Source: Spirochaetaceae bacterium
GTDB taxonomy: Bacteria; Spirochaetota; Spirochaetia; DSM-27196; SLST01
NCBI GenBank assembly: GCA_007118855.1
Contig: SKQU01000140.1
Location: 17,289-81,288 of the forward strand
DNA length: 64,000 nucleotides
Reading direction: 5' to 3'
Below the pieces are notes generated by a model that saw nothing but the letters and a program-made list of their open reading frames with translations, ran no database searches and was not told the DNA's origin. A program made the position numbers and the translations under genes. Numbering within the stretch: the first letter of the stretch is position 1; every line of letters begins with the position of its first letter. This document shows positions 1 to 8,797 of the stretch, one piece after another.

Positions 1-1171
1 GGTACGGAGAGACGAAATCCCGGTAGTCGGCGAGCCGGTCGGCCGGCAGGAGGACCTGGATGGTCCCGGCGAATCCACCGCCGTGGACCCTGCAGGCGGC
101 TCCCGCACCGTTTGCGAATCCCGAGTCGTTGAGGTAGTGCTCGGTGAGTGCGAGTGCGAGCACCACGCCCTGTTCGTCCGGGGCTCCCGCCGGAGCGCAG
201 TTCTGGAGATAGAGGCCCGACGATCTGCCCGAGTCGGCCATGAGTCTCAGATACCCGTCCATGCGGCCGGAGCGCAGCGCCGCCACCATCCGCTCGACGC
301 GGGCGTTCTCGTCGAAGAAGTGGATCGCCCGGCACACCGCCCGGTCACCGACCGCCGGGCGCAGCTCGCCGATCGCCGCGTAGAAGTCGCCTTCTTCGAC
401 GTCGCGGAGGACTTCGCCGCCAAGCGTCGCCGCGACCGCGCGCATATCGGCGGGTATCGCCGCGTACTCGTCGGTCAGGTCGGCATGACTCGCGCCGGTG
501 TCGACGACGAGCAGCGCGAGGCCGGCCTCCTCGAACGAGGCGTCGATCCGCTCGATGGCGGCCGCCGCGGGATCGGCGAAGTCGATCGCCACGACTCCTC
601 CGGTGGCGCAGGCGAGCTGGTCCATCAGGCCGCAGGGCTTGCCGAAGTAGGTGTTCTCCGCGTACCGACCGATCTCGGCTATTCGCGTCGGACCGACGCG
701 CCCGCCGTTGTACACCTCGTCGAGGATCACGCCGAAGAGCACCTCGATGCTCGCGGAAGACGAGAGCCCCGATCCGGCGCGGACCGTCGAAGCGATCGTC
801 GCGTCGAATCCGCCCACCCGGTATCCGTCGCGCCGGAACCCCGACGCCACGCCGCGCAGCAATGCGGCTGTGGTACCCCGCTCCTGCGGTTGCACGTCGG
901 TCTGGCGCAGATCCGCCTCGACCAGCGGATAGCCTTCGCTCGCGATACGGACGAGCGAGTCCTCTCGCGGGCAGACCGCGGCGACCGACTCCAGATCGAC
1001 CGATGCGGCCAGGACGCGCCCGCGGTTGTGATCGGTGTGATTGCCGGCGAGCTCCGTGCGGCCGGGGGCGGAGGCGATCCAGATCTCGCGCGGCTGCGTT
1101 ACCGCGAGCTCGCCACGGAGGCGACGCAGCACCCGGTCGAATCGCTTCGACGAATCTGCAGAGGTACCCAT
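1..1171 (-). CDS. GHMP-family sugar kinase, galactokinase-like (3' end runs off the left edge)
   Basis: Absent from the ORF track because it has no stop inside the window. My reverse-strand translation from the ATG (complement of 1169-1171) reads MGTSADSSKRFDRVLRRLRGELAVTQPREIWIASAPGRTELAGNHTDHNRGRVLAASVDLE...RAGSGLSSSASIEVLFG...VHGGGFAGT, which carries a galactokinase-type signature plus the GHMP ATP motif. Confidence 0.8.
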   Translation of the reverse strand, partial: MGTSADSSKRFDRVLRRLRGELAVTQPREIWIASAPGRTELAGNHTDHNRGRVLAASVDLESVAAVCPREDSLVRIASEGYPLVEADLRQTDVQPQERGTTAALLRGVASGFRRDGYRVGGFDATIASTVRAGSGLSSSASIEVLFGVILDEVYNGGRVGPTRIAEIGRYAENTYFGKPCGLMDQLACATGGVVAIDFADPAAAAIERIDASFEEAGLALLVVDTGASHADLTDEYAAIPADMRAVAATLGGEVLRDVEEGDFYAAIGELRPAVGDRAVCRAIHFFDENARVERMVAALRSGRMDGYLRLMADSGRSSGLYLQNCAPAGAPDEQGVVLALALTEHYLNDSGFANGAGAACRVHGGGFAGTIQVLLPADRLADYRDFVSPY

Positions 1172-1218
1172 TTCGCCCGAACGTAGCACGAATCGAGCCG
1201 ACGTCGCAAACCCGTCCG

Positions 1219-1248
1219 TTGACCGGCTCAGGGTGCGCGCCGTATGAT
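1219..1248 (+). promoter_or_regulatory. candidate promoter of manA (TTGACC-N18-TATGAT)
   Basis: TTGACC at 1219-1224 and TATGAT at 1243-1248. The -10 box ends 8 nt before the manA ATG, so any leader would be very short. Confidence 0.3.
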
Positions 1249-1256
1249 CGGGGGCG

Positions 1257-2537
1257 ATGGTCTACCGACTGCGGAACACGGTCCAGCACTACGAATGGGG
1301 CTCGTCGAAGGCTCTCGTCGACCTCTACGGGTTTGACAACCCGGGTCGACAGCCTCTGGCCGAGCTCTGGGTCGGCTCGCACCCGAAGGCGCCCTCCCGG
1401 CTCGTCACCGGGTCCGGCGAGGTGCCGCTCGACGAGTACATCACGGCGAATCCGCTCCGCGCGCTGGGTGCCAGCGCGGCGCTGGGTGCCAGCGCGGCGG
1501 GGGAGGATCCAAAGGTTCCGGACGGGCTTCCCTTCCTGTTCAAGATTCTGTGCGCACAGACGCCGTTGTCGATTCAGGTGCATCCCTCGCGAGCGCAGGC
1601 CCAGGCGGGCTACGCAGCCGAGCAGCGTTGCGGCGTGGAGGAATCGGACCCGCGGCGGAACTACCGCGACCGGAATCACAAGCCGGAGCTGATCTGCGCG
1701 ATCGGGGAGTTCTGGGGACTGCGGGGGTTTCGCCCCGTCGCGGAGATCCGCGATGAGTTCACCACCGTCGAGTTCAACAAGGCGGACCCGCACCTGTCGC
1801 TTCCCGAGTCGGAGAACGGCCTCGCTTCGTTCTTCCGCGAGCAGCTCGAACTCCCGGAGGTGTCGCGGCGGGAGCTCATCGCGGCGGCCGTCTCGCTCGC
1901 AGGCGGGAGATGGCATGGTCGGCCTCTGGACCGACTCCCGCAGCCCGGCGATCCTCTTGCGCGCTACTTCTGGGTGCTGCGCATCGCGGACGCGTACCCG
2001 GGCGACATAGGCGTGCTCGCCCCGCTGGTGCTGAACGTCTTCTCGCTTCGGCCCGGCGAGGCGACCTTCCAGCCGGCCGGCGTGCTGCATGCCTATCTGC
2101 ACGGCGTGGGGGCGGAGGTCATGGCGAACAGCGACAATGTCCTGCGAGGAGGCATGACGCCCAAGCACATCGATATCGCCGAGCTGATGCGGGTGGGGCG
2201 GTTTCGCAGCGAGTCGCCGCAGATTCTCACCGGTCTCGCCGACCATGATCCGGTCGACCGAGGGTGTCGGCTGATGCGCTACCCGACGCCGTTCGAGGAG
2301 TTCGAGTTCAGCCGCGTCCTACCAGCCGGCAGGTGCCGTTTGCGCGGCGGATCGCCGCAGGTTCTCTTCTGCCATAGGGGGGCGGTGCGGGTGTGCCCGG
2401 CCGGCCGGGCGGGTGCCGCACCGGCGGACATCGCGCTCGCACCCGGCGAGGCGGTCTTCGTTGACGCGGAGGACGAGACGGTGGAGATCGTCGGGGACGA
2501 CGGTGCGGAGGTCTTCCGCACGCGTGTTCCGGTGTAG
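1257..2537 (+). CDS. manA: mannose-6-phosphate isomerase, type I
   Basis: MVYRLRNTVQHYEWGS, ELWVGSHPKAPS, FKILCAQTPLSIQVHP and NHKPELICA are the classic type I PMI blocks. The N-terminus lines up with E. coli ManA (MQKLINSVQNYAWGS). Confidence 0.93.
   Translation: MVYRLRNTVQHYEWGSSKALVDLYGFDNPGRQPLAELWVGSHPKAPSRLVTGSGEVPLDEYITANPLRALGASAALGASAAGEDPKVPDGLPFLFKILCAQTPLSIQVHPSRAQAQAGYAAEQRCGVEESDPRRNYRDRNHKPELICAIGEFWGLRGFRPVAEIRDEFTTVEFNKADPHLSLPESENGLASFFREQLELPEVSRRELIAAAVSLAGGRWHGRPLDRLPQPGDPLARYFWVLRIADAYPGDIGVLAPLVLNVFSLRPGEATFQPAGVLHAYLHGVGAEVMANSDNVLRGGMTPKHIDIAELMRVGRFRSESPQILTGLADHDPVDRGCRLMRYPTPFEEFEFSRVLPAGRCRLRGGSPQVLFCHRGAVRVCPAGRAGAAPADIALAPGEAVFVDAEDETVEIVGDDGAEVFRTRVPV
1461..1496 (+). 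repeat. perfect 18-bp in-frame tandem duplication inside manA
   Basis: gcgctgggtgccagcgcg at 1461-1478 is repeated exactly at 1479-1496, encoding ALGASA twice. Confidence 0.95.
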
Positions 2538-2540
2538 GCC

Positions 2541-2987
2541 GTGCGCTTGCTCGTCGACTGCGACAGTCTGCAGGAGCGGCTACGTCGGATCATCGTCCGT
2601 GCCGCCGGGCGTCACGGGATCGAGGCGATCTTCGTCGCCAACCGTGCGGTGCGAGTTCCCGACGCACCGCAGGTCACCGCCGTGGTTGCAGACGATGCCG
2701 ACGAGTGGATCGTGGGCGAGGCCCGGTCCGGGGACCTCGCGATCACGCGTGATATTCCCCTCGCTGCGCGCCTTGTGCCGCTTGGAGTCGAGGTGATCAC
2801 CGATCGCGGTGAGCACTACACGAGCGAGAATATCCGGGCGCGTCTTTCCGAGCGCGACCTGGCGGCCGGGTGGCGGGAGGCGGGGCTTCTTCAGCAGCGG
2901 GGGCGCGCATACGGCGCCCGCGAGACGCAGGCCTTCGCGAACCTGCTAGACCGGCAGCTTGCGGGCAGGACCGGCAGGTCGAGTTGA
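2541..2987 (+). CDS. YaiI/YqxD family protein (UPF0178)
   Basis: GTG start 4 nt after the manA stop. MRLLVDCDSLQERLRRIIVRAAGRHGIEAIFVAN...DEWIV...GDLAITRDIPLAARL matches the YaiI pattern (VDADACP...LVAN...DDWI...D.VIT.DIPLA). Confidence 0.75.
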   Translation: MRLLVDCDSLQERLRRIIVRAAGRHGIEAIFVANRAVRVPDAPQVTAVVADDADEWIVGEARSGDLAITRDIPLAARLVPLGVEVITDRGEHYTSENIRARLSERDLAAGWREAGLLQQRGRAYGARETQAFANLLDRQLAGRTGRSS

Positions 2988-3012
2988 ACACCCTGACCGA
3001 AATTGTTAGATT
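2984..3012 (+). promoter_or_regulatory. candidate promoter of the flavodiiron gene (TTGAAC-N17-TAGATT)
   Basis: TTGAAC at 2984-2989 and TAGATT at 3007-3012, in a local AT-rich island. The SD AGAGG lies 9 nt before ATG 3039. Confidence 0.45.
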
Positions 3013-3038
3013 TGTATCGATAAAAAAGAGGTGTGACG

Positions 3039-4277
3039 ATGAAGACAACCGAGGTCACCGAGGGAATATTCCGCCTCTCGGCAAACGTCGAAGACATCCT
3101 TTTCGAGGGTATCTGGCCGATTCCGAACGGCGTGTCGATGAACTCGTATATCGTCAAGGGCACGAAGGCTGCGATCGTCGACGGGGTGTGCGACTGGGAC
3201 GGGGTCCCGCAGACGCTCTACGACCAGCTCGACCGGATGCAGATCGACATCAACGACCTGGACTACGTGATCATGAACCACCTCGAGCCCGACCATTCGG
3301 GATGGTTTCGCAGCTTTCTGCAGCTGCGAAGCGACGTGACGGTGATCACGAGCGAGAAGGGCGCCGAGCTCGTGAAGCACTTCTACGGGTACGAGGGAGA
3401 TATCCGCGCGGTCAAGACGGGAGACACGCTCGACCTTGGTGAGGGGAGGGTGCTGCTCTTTGCCGAGATACCGAACGTCCACTGGCCCGAGACCATCGCG
3501 ACCTACGACACGAAGAGCAAGACGCTCCTGCCCTGCGACGCCTTCGGCAGCTTCGGTTCGATCGGCGAGAAGATGTACGACGACCAGCTCGACGAGCAGG
3601 AGCTCGCCTTCTTCGAGCAGGAAGCGACGCGATACTACGCGAACATCGTCGGGCCCTTCTCCGCCTTCGTTCAGCGGGCCATCGACAAGCTCAAGGACAT
3701 CGAGATCAAGATCATCGCGCCGGGACACGGGATCGTGTGGCGACGCAATCCCGCGAAGATCGTGGGCGATTACATCCGCTACGCAAGCTACAGCAAGGGC
3801 CCGGCCAAGACCGACGTCACCGTCCTCTACGCGTCGATGTACGGGATGACGGCGAGGGGGATTGACCCGGTCATCGAGGGACTGCGCAGTGAAGGTGTCA
3901 CGGTCCATGTACATCGGCTGCCGGAGGCTCCCTGGGGCGATGCGCTCGCGAGCGTCTGGCAGAGCTCGGGGGTCGTGGTCGCTGCTCCGACGTATGAGTA
4001 CAAGATGTTTCCGCCCATGGCTGCGCTGCTCGAAGAGCTCGGACGCAAGAAGGCGCTCAACCGGAAGGCGTTCAGCTTCGGCAGCTACGGATGGTCGGGC
4101 GGTGCACAGAAGGAACTCGCCGAGATCACGGAGCGCAACCGGATGAACTGGGACTTTCTCGAGCCGGTAGAGTTCCGCGGAGCGCCGACCAGCGAGCATC
4201 TGGAGCTGATTCGGCAGCGCGGGAAGGAGCTCGCGGTCAAGGTGACGGAGTGGGTTGCCGCCTCCCCGGCTTCGTAG
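3039..4277 (+). CDS. flavodiiron protein (FprA-type O2/NO reductase; metallo-beta-lactamase-like plus flavodoxin-like domains)
   Basis: NSYIVKG...VIMNHLEPDHSG is the diiron H-x-E-x-D-H motif. The C-terminal half is flavodoxin-like (VTVLYASMYGMT...). ATG 3039 is preferred over GTG 3033 on SD spacing. Confidence 0.9.
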   Translation: MKTTEVTEGIFRLSANVEDILFEGIWPIPNGVSMNSYIVKGTKAAIVDGVCDWDGVPQTLYDQLDRMQIDINDLDYVIMNHLEPDHSGWFRSFLQLRSDVTVITSEKGAELVKHFYGYEGDIRAVKTGDTLDLGEGRVLLFAEIPNVHWPETIATYDTKSKTLLPCDAFGSFGSIGEKMYDDQLDEQELAFFEQEATRYYANIVGPFSAFVQRAIDKLKDIEIKIIAPGHGIVWRRNPAKIVGDYIRYASYSKGPAKTDVTVLYASMYGMTARGIDPVIEGLRSEGVTVHVHRLPEAPWGDALASVWQSSGVVVAAPTYEYKMFPPMAALLEELGRKKALNRKAFSFGSYGWSGGAQKELAEITERNRMNWDFLEPVEFRGAPTSEHLELIRQRGKELAVKVTEWVAASPAS

Positions 4278-4303
4278 CCCTCCCGTCTGTAGGCGAGACG
4301 CAG

Positions 4304-4340
4304 AGAAAGGCGGCCGTGAAGCGCCGCCTTTCTTTGCGGT
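4304..4340 (+). terminator. intrinsic terminator after the flavodiiron gene
   Basis: An 11-bp stem (agaaaggcggc 4304-4314 with gccgcctttct 4323-4333) followed by T-rich ttgcggtt. Confidence 0.6.
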
Positions 4341-4346
4341 TCATAC

Positions 4347-4374
4347 TTGACTATTCATATTGGTTTAATATAGT
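4347..4374 (+). promoter_or_regulatory. candidate strong promoter of the sulfur-carrier operon (TTGACT-N16-TATAGT)
   Basis: TTGACT at 4347-4352 and TATAGT at 4369-4374, in a sharply AT-rich stretch. SD GGAG lies before ATG 4394. The leader is too short for a riboswitch. Confidence 0.55.
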
Positions 4375-4393
4375 ATTGGACCGAGGAGATGCA

Positions 4394-4600
4394 ATGAGAA
4401 CGACGATCAACGGCGTTGAGAAGGAGATCGACGAAGCGACCTCCGTCCTTCGGCTCCTGGAAGTCGAGGATGTCGAGTCCCCCGACATGGTGGCCGTGCA
4501 GCTGAACGGCACGATTGTCGACCGGTCGCAGTACGCGCAGACGACCCTTGAGAACGGCGACGTCGTCGAGTTCCTCTACTTCATGGGTGGGGGAGCGTAG
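4394..4600 (+). CDS. ThiS/MoaD-family sulfur-carrier protein with a GG-Ala C-terminus (HcyS-like)
   Basis: 68 aa: MRTTINGVEKEIDEATSVLRLLEVEDVESPDMVAVQLNGTIVDRSQYAQTTLENGDVVEFLYFMGGGA. Size and pattern fit a beta-grasp carrier. The longer 4091 start in the track has no support. The stop overlaps the next start (TAGTG). Confidence 0.8.
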   Translation: MRTTINGVEKEIDEATSVLRLLEVEDVESPDMVAVQLNGTIVDRSQYAQTTLENGDVVEFLYFMGGGA

Positions 4601-5856
4601 TGTTTCAGCCGGCGACCCGCGGTCTGCGCACCCGTGCGATTCACGGCGGCATCCACCCGAATCGCAACCGGGGGGCGACGACCGTCCCGCTCTACTACTC
4701 GAGCTCGTTCGCCTTCGACTCTGCCGAGGATCTCGCCGACGCCTTCGAGGGGCGCCACCCCGGGCATATCTACAGCCGGATCAGTAATCCCACCGTCGGG
4801 GCGTTCGAGCAGCGGATGGCCGCCGTCGAAGGCGGCGTCGGGAGCTTTGCCGCGACGAGCGGGATGGCCGCGATCGGGGCGCTGTGCGGCGTGCTCGCGG
4901 AGGCGGGCAGTCGTGTCGTATTCGCGCGCAGCCTCTTTGGGGGAACCGTGATCTACCTGCGCGAGGTGGCACAGCGGGCGGGCATCCACGTCGATTTCGT
5001 CGACCTGGAGGACCTCCCGGCGCTCGAACGGGCGCTCGAGACCGGCCCCCGTCTGCTCTTCGCAGAGGCGTTGGGCAATCCTCGACTCGACATCCCCCCT
5101 TTCGACCGCGTGATCGCGCTCGCCTCTTCTGCAGAGGTCCCTCTGGTCGTCGATGCGACGCTCATGTCACCGGCGCTCTTCAGCGCGAAGGAGTGCGGCG
5201 CCGCGCTCGTGCTGCACTCCACCACGAAGCTGATCACGGGCAACGGCACCGCGATCGGCGGGGTGATCACCGATCTCGGGCAGTTCGACTGGAGCGGGCA
5301 CCGCTCGCCGGCGATCGCACGGGAGGTGGATCGGGTTGGACCGGGGTTCGCCTTTCTCGCGGCCCTTCGTCGCGCGGGCGGACTGAGTGCCGGCGTGACG
5401 ATGAGCCCCTTCAACGCATTCCTGGGCGCGCTCGGCCTCGAGACACTCGCCCTGCGCGCCGAGACGCAGAGCCGCAGCGCGCTCGAGCTCGCGCGCTACC
5501 TCACGACGCACGACCGGGTGACCGACGTGCGCTATCCCGGGCTTGCGGGGGACCGGTACCATGAGCGCGCCGTGCGGTTCTTCCACGGCGGGAGCGGACC
5601 GCTTCTGACCTTTTCGGTGCTCGACCGGGCGTCGGCGTTCACCGCGATGAACCGGCTGCGCCTGGCGCTGCGGGCGACGAACCTGGGGGACTCGAAGACG
5701 CTCGTGATTCATCCGGCGAGTACGATCTTCCACGAGTGCTCGGCAGAGGAACGCGATTATTCGGGCGTGACCGACGGGCTCATCAGGGTCTCCGTCGGTC
5801 TCGAAGACCTCGAGGACATCATCGGTGATTTCGACCAGGCATTGGCGGACGCGTAG
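4600..5856 (+). CDS. metY: O-acetylhomoserine sulfhydrylase family PLP enzyme (MetY-like)
   Basis: TRAIHGG...YSRISNPTV...AFEQRMAAVEGG...STTKLITGNGTAIGG (PLP lysine)...IHPASTIFHE are the Cys/Met-metabolism PLP enzyme blocks. Confidence 0.85.
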   Translation: MFQPATRGLRTRAIHGGIHPNRNRGATTVPLYYSSSFAFDSAEDLADAFEGRHPGHIYSRISNPTVGAFEQRMAAVEGGVGSFAATSGMAAIGALCGVLAEAGSRVVFARSLFGGTVIYLREVAQRAGIHVDFVDLEDLPALERALETGPRLLFAEALGNPRLDIPPFDRVIALASSAEVPLVVDATLMSPALFSAKECGAALVLHSTTKLITGNGTAIGGVITDLGQFDWSGHRSPAIAREVDRVGPGFAFLAALRRAGGLSAGVTMSPFNAFLGALGLETLALRAETQSRSALELARYLTTHDRVTDVRYPGLAGDRYHERAVRFFHGGSGPLLTFSVLDRASAFTAMNRLRLALRATNLGDSKTLVIHPASTIFHECSAEERDYSGVTDGLIRVSVGLEDLEDIIGDFDQALADA

Positions 5857-5870
5857 TCCGCGGGGGTTCT

Positions 5871-6707
5871 ATGGCATTCAGTGACGAACAGGTTCAGCGG
5901 TACAGCAGGCACATTCTGCTGAAAGGGGTCGGCGGCAAGGGACAGCGGAAGCTGCTCAACGCCCGCGTCCTCGTCGTGGGTGCCGGAGGGCTCGGAAGCC
6001 CCATCTCGCTCTATCTCGCGGCCGCCGGTGTCGGCCACCTCGGCATCGTCGATCCGGACACCGTGGAGCTGAGCAATCTCCAGCGGCAGATCATCCATCA
6101 CACCTCGGACGTGGGGAAGGCCAAAGTCCAGTCGGCCGCCCGCAAGATCGCGGACCTCAATCCGGACGTGGAGGTGATCCCCTACGAACAACGCCTCGAC
6201 GCCGAGAACATCCTCGACATCATCTCCGGGTACGACTTTGTTGTGGAAGGGACCGACAACTTCCCCACGAAGTTCCTCGTGAACGACGCCTGCATTCTCT
6301 CCGACAAACCGTTCAACCAGGGAGGGATCCTTCGCTTCCAGGGGCAGACGATGACGCACGTACCGGGAAGCGCAAGCTACCGGTGCGTCTACCGCGAGCC
6401 CCCCCCGCCCGGGTCGGTTCCCACCTGCAGCGAGGCGGGCGTGCTCGGCGCGATCGCGGGGATGCTCGGCACGATCCAGGCGACCGAGACGCTGAAGTAC
6501 CTGCTCGGCATCGGGGATCTGCTGGTGAACCGGATCCTCTTCTTCGACGCCCTGTCCATGCAGACGAGAGTCGTCGACGTGAAACCCACCGAATGGGCCG
6601 AGCCGGCCGCCTCGAACACGAAGATCGACCGGCTCGTCGAGTACGAACAGCCGGCGTGCGACCTCAATCTTGAGCGCCAGTACGGGCCGAAGGGAGACGC
6701 GACATGA
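5871..6707 (+). CDS. ThiF/MoeB/HesA-family E1-like adenylyltransferase (HcyF/MoeZ-like, no rhodanese domain)
   Basis: QRYSRHILLKGVGGKGQRKLLNARVLVVGAGGLGSPISLYLAAAGVGHLGIVDPDTVELSNLQRQIIH, with YRCVY...PTCSEAGVLG. Only 278 aa, so there is no C-terminal rhodanese. Confidence 0.88.
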   Translation: MAFSDEQVQRYSRHILLKGVGGKGQRKLLNARVLVVGAGGLGSPISLYLAAAGVGHLGIVDPDTVELSNLQRQIIHHTSDVGKAKVQSAARKIADLNPDVEVIPYEQRLDAENILDIISGYDFVVEGTDNFPTKFLVNDACILSDKPFNQGGILRFQGQTMTHVPGSASYRCVYREPPPPGSVPTCSEAGVLGAIAGMLGTIQATETLKYLLGIGDLLVNRILFFDALSMQTRVVDVKPTEWAEPAASNTKIDRLVEYEQPACDLNLERQYGPKGDAT

Positions 6708-7396
6708 GCGAGCGGCTCGTCATACCGCAGGAGATCATCGCCGCTATCGCCGAGCAGGCGGTTGCCGAGGCCCCGAATGAGGCGTGCGGGTATCTGCGGG
6801 GCCTCGAGGGTCGCGTGCACGGCCGGATGGAGCTCACGAACGTGGATGCGAGTCCGGAGCACTTCACGCTCGATCCGCAGGAGCAGTTCGCCGCGCTGAA
6901 GGAGGCTCGCCGGTACGGTGAGCAACTCCTCGCGGTCTACCACAGCCATCCGGAGACGCCGGCGCGCATGTCCGACGAGGATATCAGGCTGGCCAACGAC
7001 CCGAAGACGGTCTACGTGATCCACAGCCTTGCCGACGGACGGACGCGCGGATTCCGCGTCGACCGCACCAGGAGCGTGGTTGAGGTGCCCATCGAGATCG
7101 TCCCGGCTGCACCGGAGACAACGAATCCGGAGACAACGAAAGAGGAGAAAGCCATGGCCGACACGCCGATTGACAGGGATCTCGATCTAAGCGGCGAGGT
7201 GTGCCCGTACACCTTCGTCAAGAGCAAGCTCGCGCTCGAGGAGCTCGACCCGGGACAGGTGCTTCGCGTGACCGTGGACAACAGCGAGAGCGCGAGCAAT
7301 GTACCCAGGAGCCTCTCACTCGAGGGTCATGACATCGTGAGTCTCGAGCAGGCCCGGGGGAAGTGGCTCATCACCGTGCGAAACGCCGACGCATAG
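6704..7396 (+). CDS. JAMM/MPN+ metalloprotease fused to a TusA/SirA-like sulfurtransferase domain
   Basis: The N-terminal ~140 aa carry EACGYL...AVYHSHPETPARMSDED (E...HxHx7Sx2D). The C-terminal ~78 aa read DLDLSGEVCPYTFVKSKLALEELDPGQVLRVTVDN (TusA-type Cys-Pro motif). ATGA overlap with the upstream gene. An in-frame internal ATG at 7154 has its own SD. Confidence 0.8.
   Translation: MSERLVIPQEIIAAIAEQAVAEAPNEACGYLRGLEGRVHGRMELTNVDASPEHFTLDPQEQFAALKEARRYGEQLLAVYHSHPETPARMSDEDIRLANDPKTVYVIHSLADGRTRGFRVDRTRSVVEVPIEIVPAAPETTNPETTKEEKAMADTPIDRDLDLSGEVCPYTFVKSKLALEELDPGQVLRVTVDNSESASNVPRSLSLEGHDIVSLEQARGKWLITVRNADA
7112..7141 (+). repeat. 15-bp tandem duplication in the JAMM-TusA linker
   Basis: ccggagacaacgaat (7112-7126) and ccggagacaacgaaa (7127-7141) encode PETTN and PETTK, immediately before GAGGAG (7142-7147) and ATG 7154. 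Confidence 0.9.
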
Positions 7397-7402
7397 GCCT
7401 CT

Positions 7403-8797
7403 TCAGAACGCAGCGTTTCCCGGGGTGCGAGGGAAGGGGATCACGTCGCGGATGTTCTGCATGCCGGTGCAGTACTGGATGAACCGCTCGAACCCGAGCC
7501 CGAACCCCGAGTGGGGAACCGTGCCGAAGCGCCGCAGCTCGAGGTACCACCAGTAGTCGTCCCGCTCGAGCCCGAGCTCGACGATCCGGGCTTCAAGCGC
7601 GTCCAGGTTCTCCTCGCGCTGGCTGCCCCCTATGATCTCACCGAGCCGGGGGACGAGCACGTCCATCCCGCGGACCGTCCTCCCGTCGTCATTCTGCTTC
7701 ATGTAGAACGCCTTGATGTCGCGCGGGTAGTCGGTGACGATGACGGGGCCGCGGTAGATCTCCTCGGTGAGGAACTTCTCGTGCTCGCTCTGCAGATCCC
7801 TGCCCCAGCTCACCGGGTACTCGAAGGAGGCGCCGCTGTTCGTCAACGCCTCAACCGCCTCGGTATAGGTGATCCGGTTGAAGTCGCTCTCGGCCACCGA
7901 TCGAAGGCTCTCGACGAGGCCCTTCTCGATTCGCTGGTCGAAGAACGCCATATCCTCCTCACATTCGGCGAGCAGTCCCCGTATCAGCACCTTGAGAAAC
8001 TCCTCGGCGAGGTCCATGTTGCCGTGGATGTCGCAGAACGAGACTTCAGGCTCGATCATCCAGAACTCCGCGAGGTGCCGCGTCGTGTTCGAGTTCTCGG
8101 CGCGGAAGGTCGGACCAAAGGTGTAGACGCGATCCATCGCCGTCGCGTAGATCTCCGCGTTCAGCTGCCCGCTGACGGTGAGGAAGGCGGGGCGCCCGAA
8201 GAAGTCGCGGCCGTAGTCCACCTGCGGTGAGGAGGACCCGGGCAGCTTCTCGAGCTCGAGCGTCGTGACCTGGAAGAGCTCTCCGGCGCCCTCGGCGTCG
8301 CTCGCCGTGATGATGGGGGTGTGCACGTAGAGGAACCCGCGCTCGTTGAAGAAGCGATGGATCGCGAAGCTGATGTGGTTGCGGACCCGGGCGATCGCGC
8401 CGAAGGTGTTCGTTCGGGGCCGCAGGTGAGCGATCTCCCGCAGGTACTCGAAGCTGTGTCGTTTCTTCTGCAGCGGGTACTCGTCGCCCGGCGACGGGCC
8501 GACGAGAACGAGCCCCGTGGCCGCGATTTCGACCGCCTGGTTCTGTCCCGGGCTCTCCACGAGCGTGCCGGTGACGACGACGCTCGCTCCGGTCGATACC
8601 GGTTCGACCGCGGCGGCGAGCTCACGGTCGGCGCCGTCGATCGTTGCCTGGATGTTCGACAGACAGGAGCCGTCGTTGATCTCGAGAAAGCTAACGCTCT
8701 TGCCGGCCCGCTTGGTGCGAACCCATCCGGCCACGGTGATCCGGCGACCGTCGGCCGGTGCCCGAAGCGCATCCCGGACGCGAACCCGATCCTGCAT
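7403..8797 (-). CDS. asnS: asparagine--tRNA ligase
   Basis: [11 protein letters not shown]...[10 protein letters not shown]...[21 protein letters not shown]...GFGLGFERF. The start is set at MQDRVRVRD (8797) by spacing to the OB-fold as in E. coli AsnRS. In-frame alternatives lie at 8815 and 8833. Confidence 0.93.
   Translation of the reverse strand: MQDRVRVRDALRAPADGRRITVAGWVRTKRAGKSVSFLEINDGSCLSNIQATIDGADRELAAAVEPVSTGASVVVTGTLVESPGQNQAVEIAATGLVLVGPSPGDEYPLQKKRHSFEYLREIAHLRPRTNTFGAIARVRNHISFAIHRFFNERGFLYVHTPIITASDAEGAGELFQVTTLELEKLPGSSSPQVDYGRDFFGRPAFLTVSGQLNAEIYATAMDRVYTFGPTFRAENSNTTRHLAEFWMIEPEVSFCDIHGNMDLAEEFLKVLIRGLLAECEEDMAFFDQRIEKGLVESLRSVAESDFNRITYTEAVEALTNSGASFEYPVSWGRDLQSEHEKFLTEEIYRGPVIVTDYPRDIKAFYMKQNDDGRTVRGMDVLVPRLGEIIGGSQREENLDALEARIVELGLERDDYWWYLELRRFGTVPHSGFGLGFERFIQYCTGMQNIRDVIPFPRTPGNAAF

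Noticed and set aside
4278-4393. A possible SAM or other riboswitch ahead of the metY-containing operon.
   Set aside because: The candidate -10 box ends about 20 nt before the first start codon, which leaves no room for an aptamer. The upstream hairpin is the terminator of the preceding gene.
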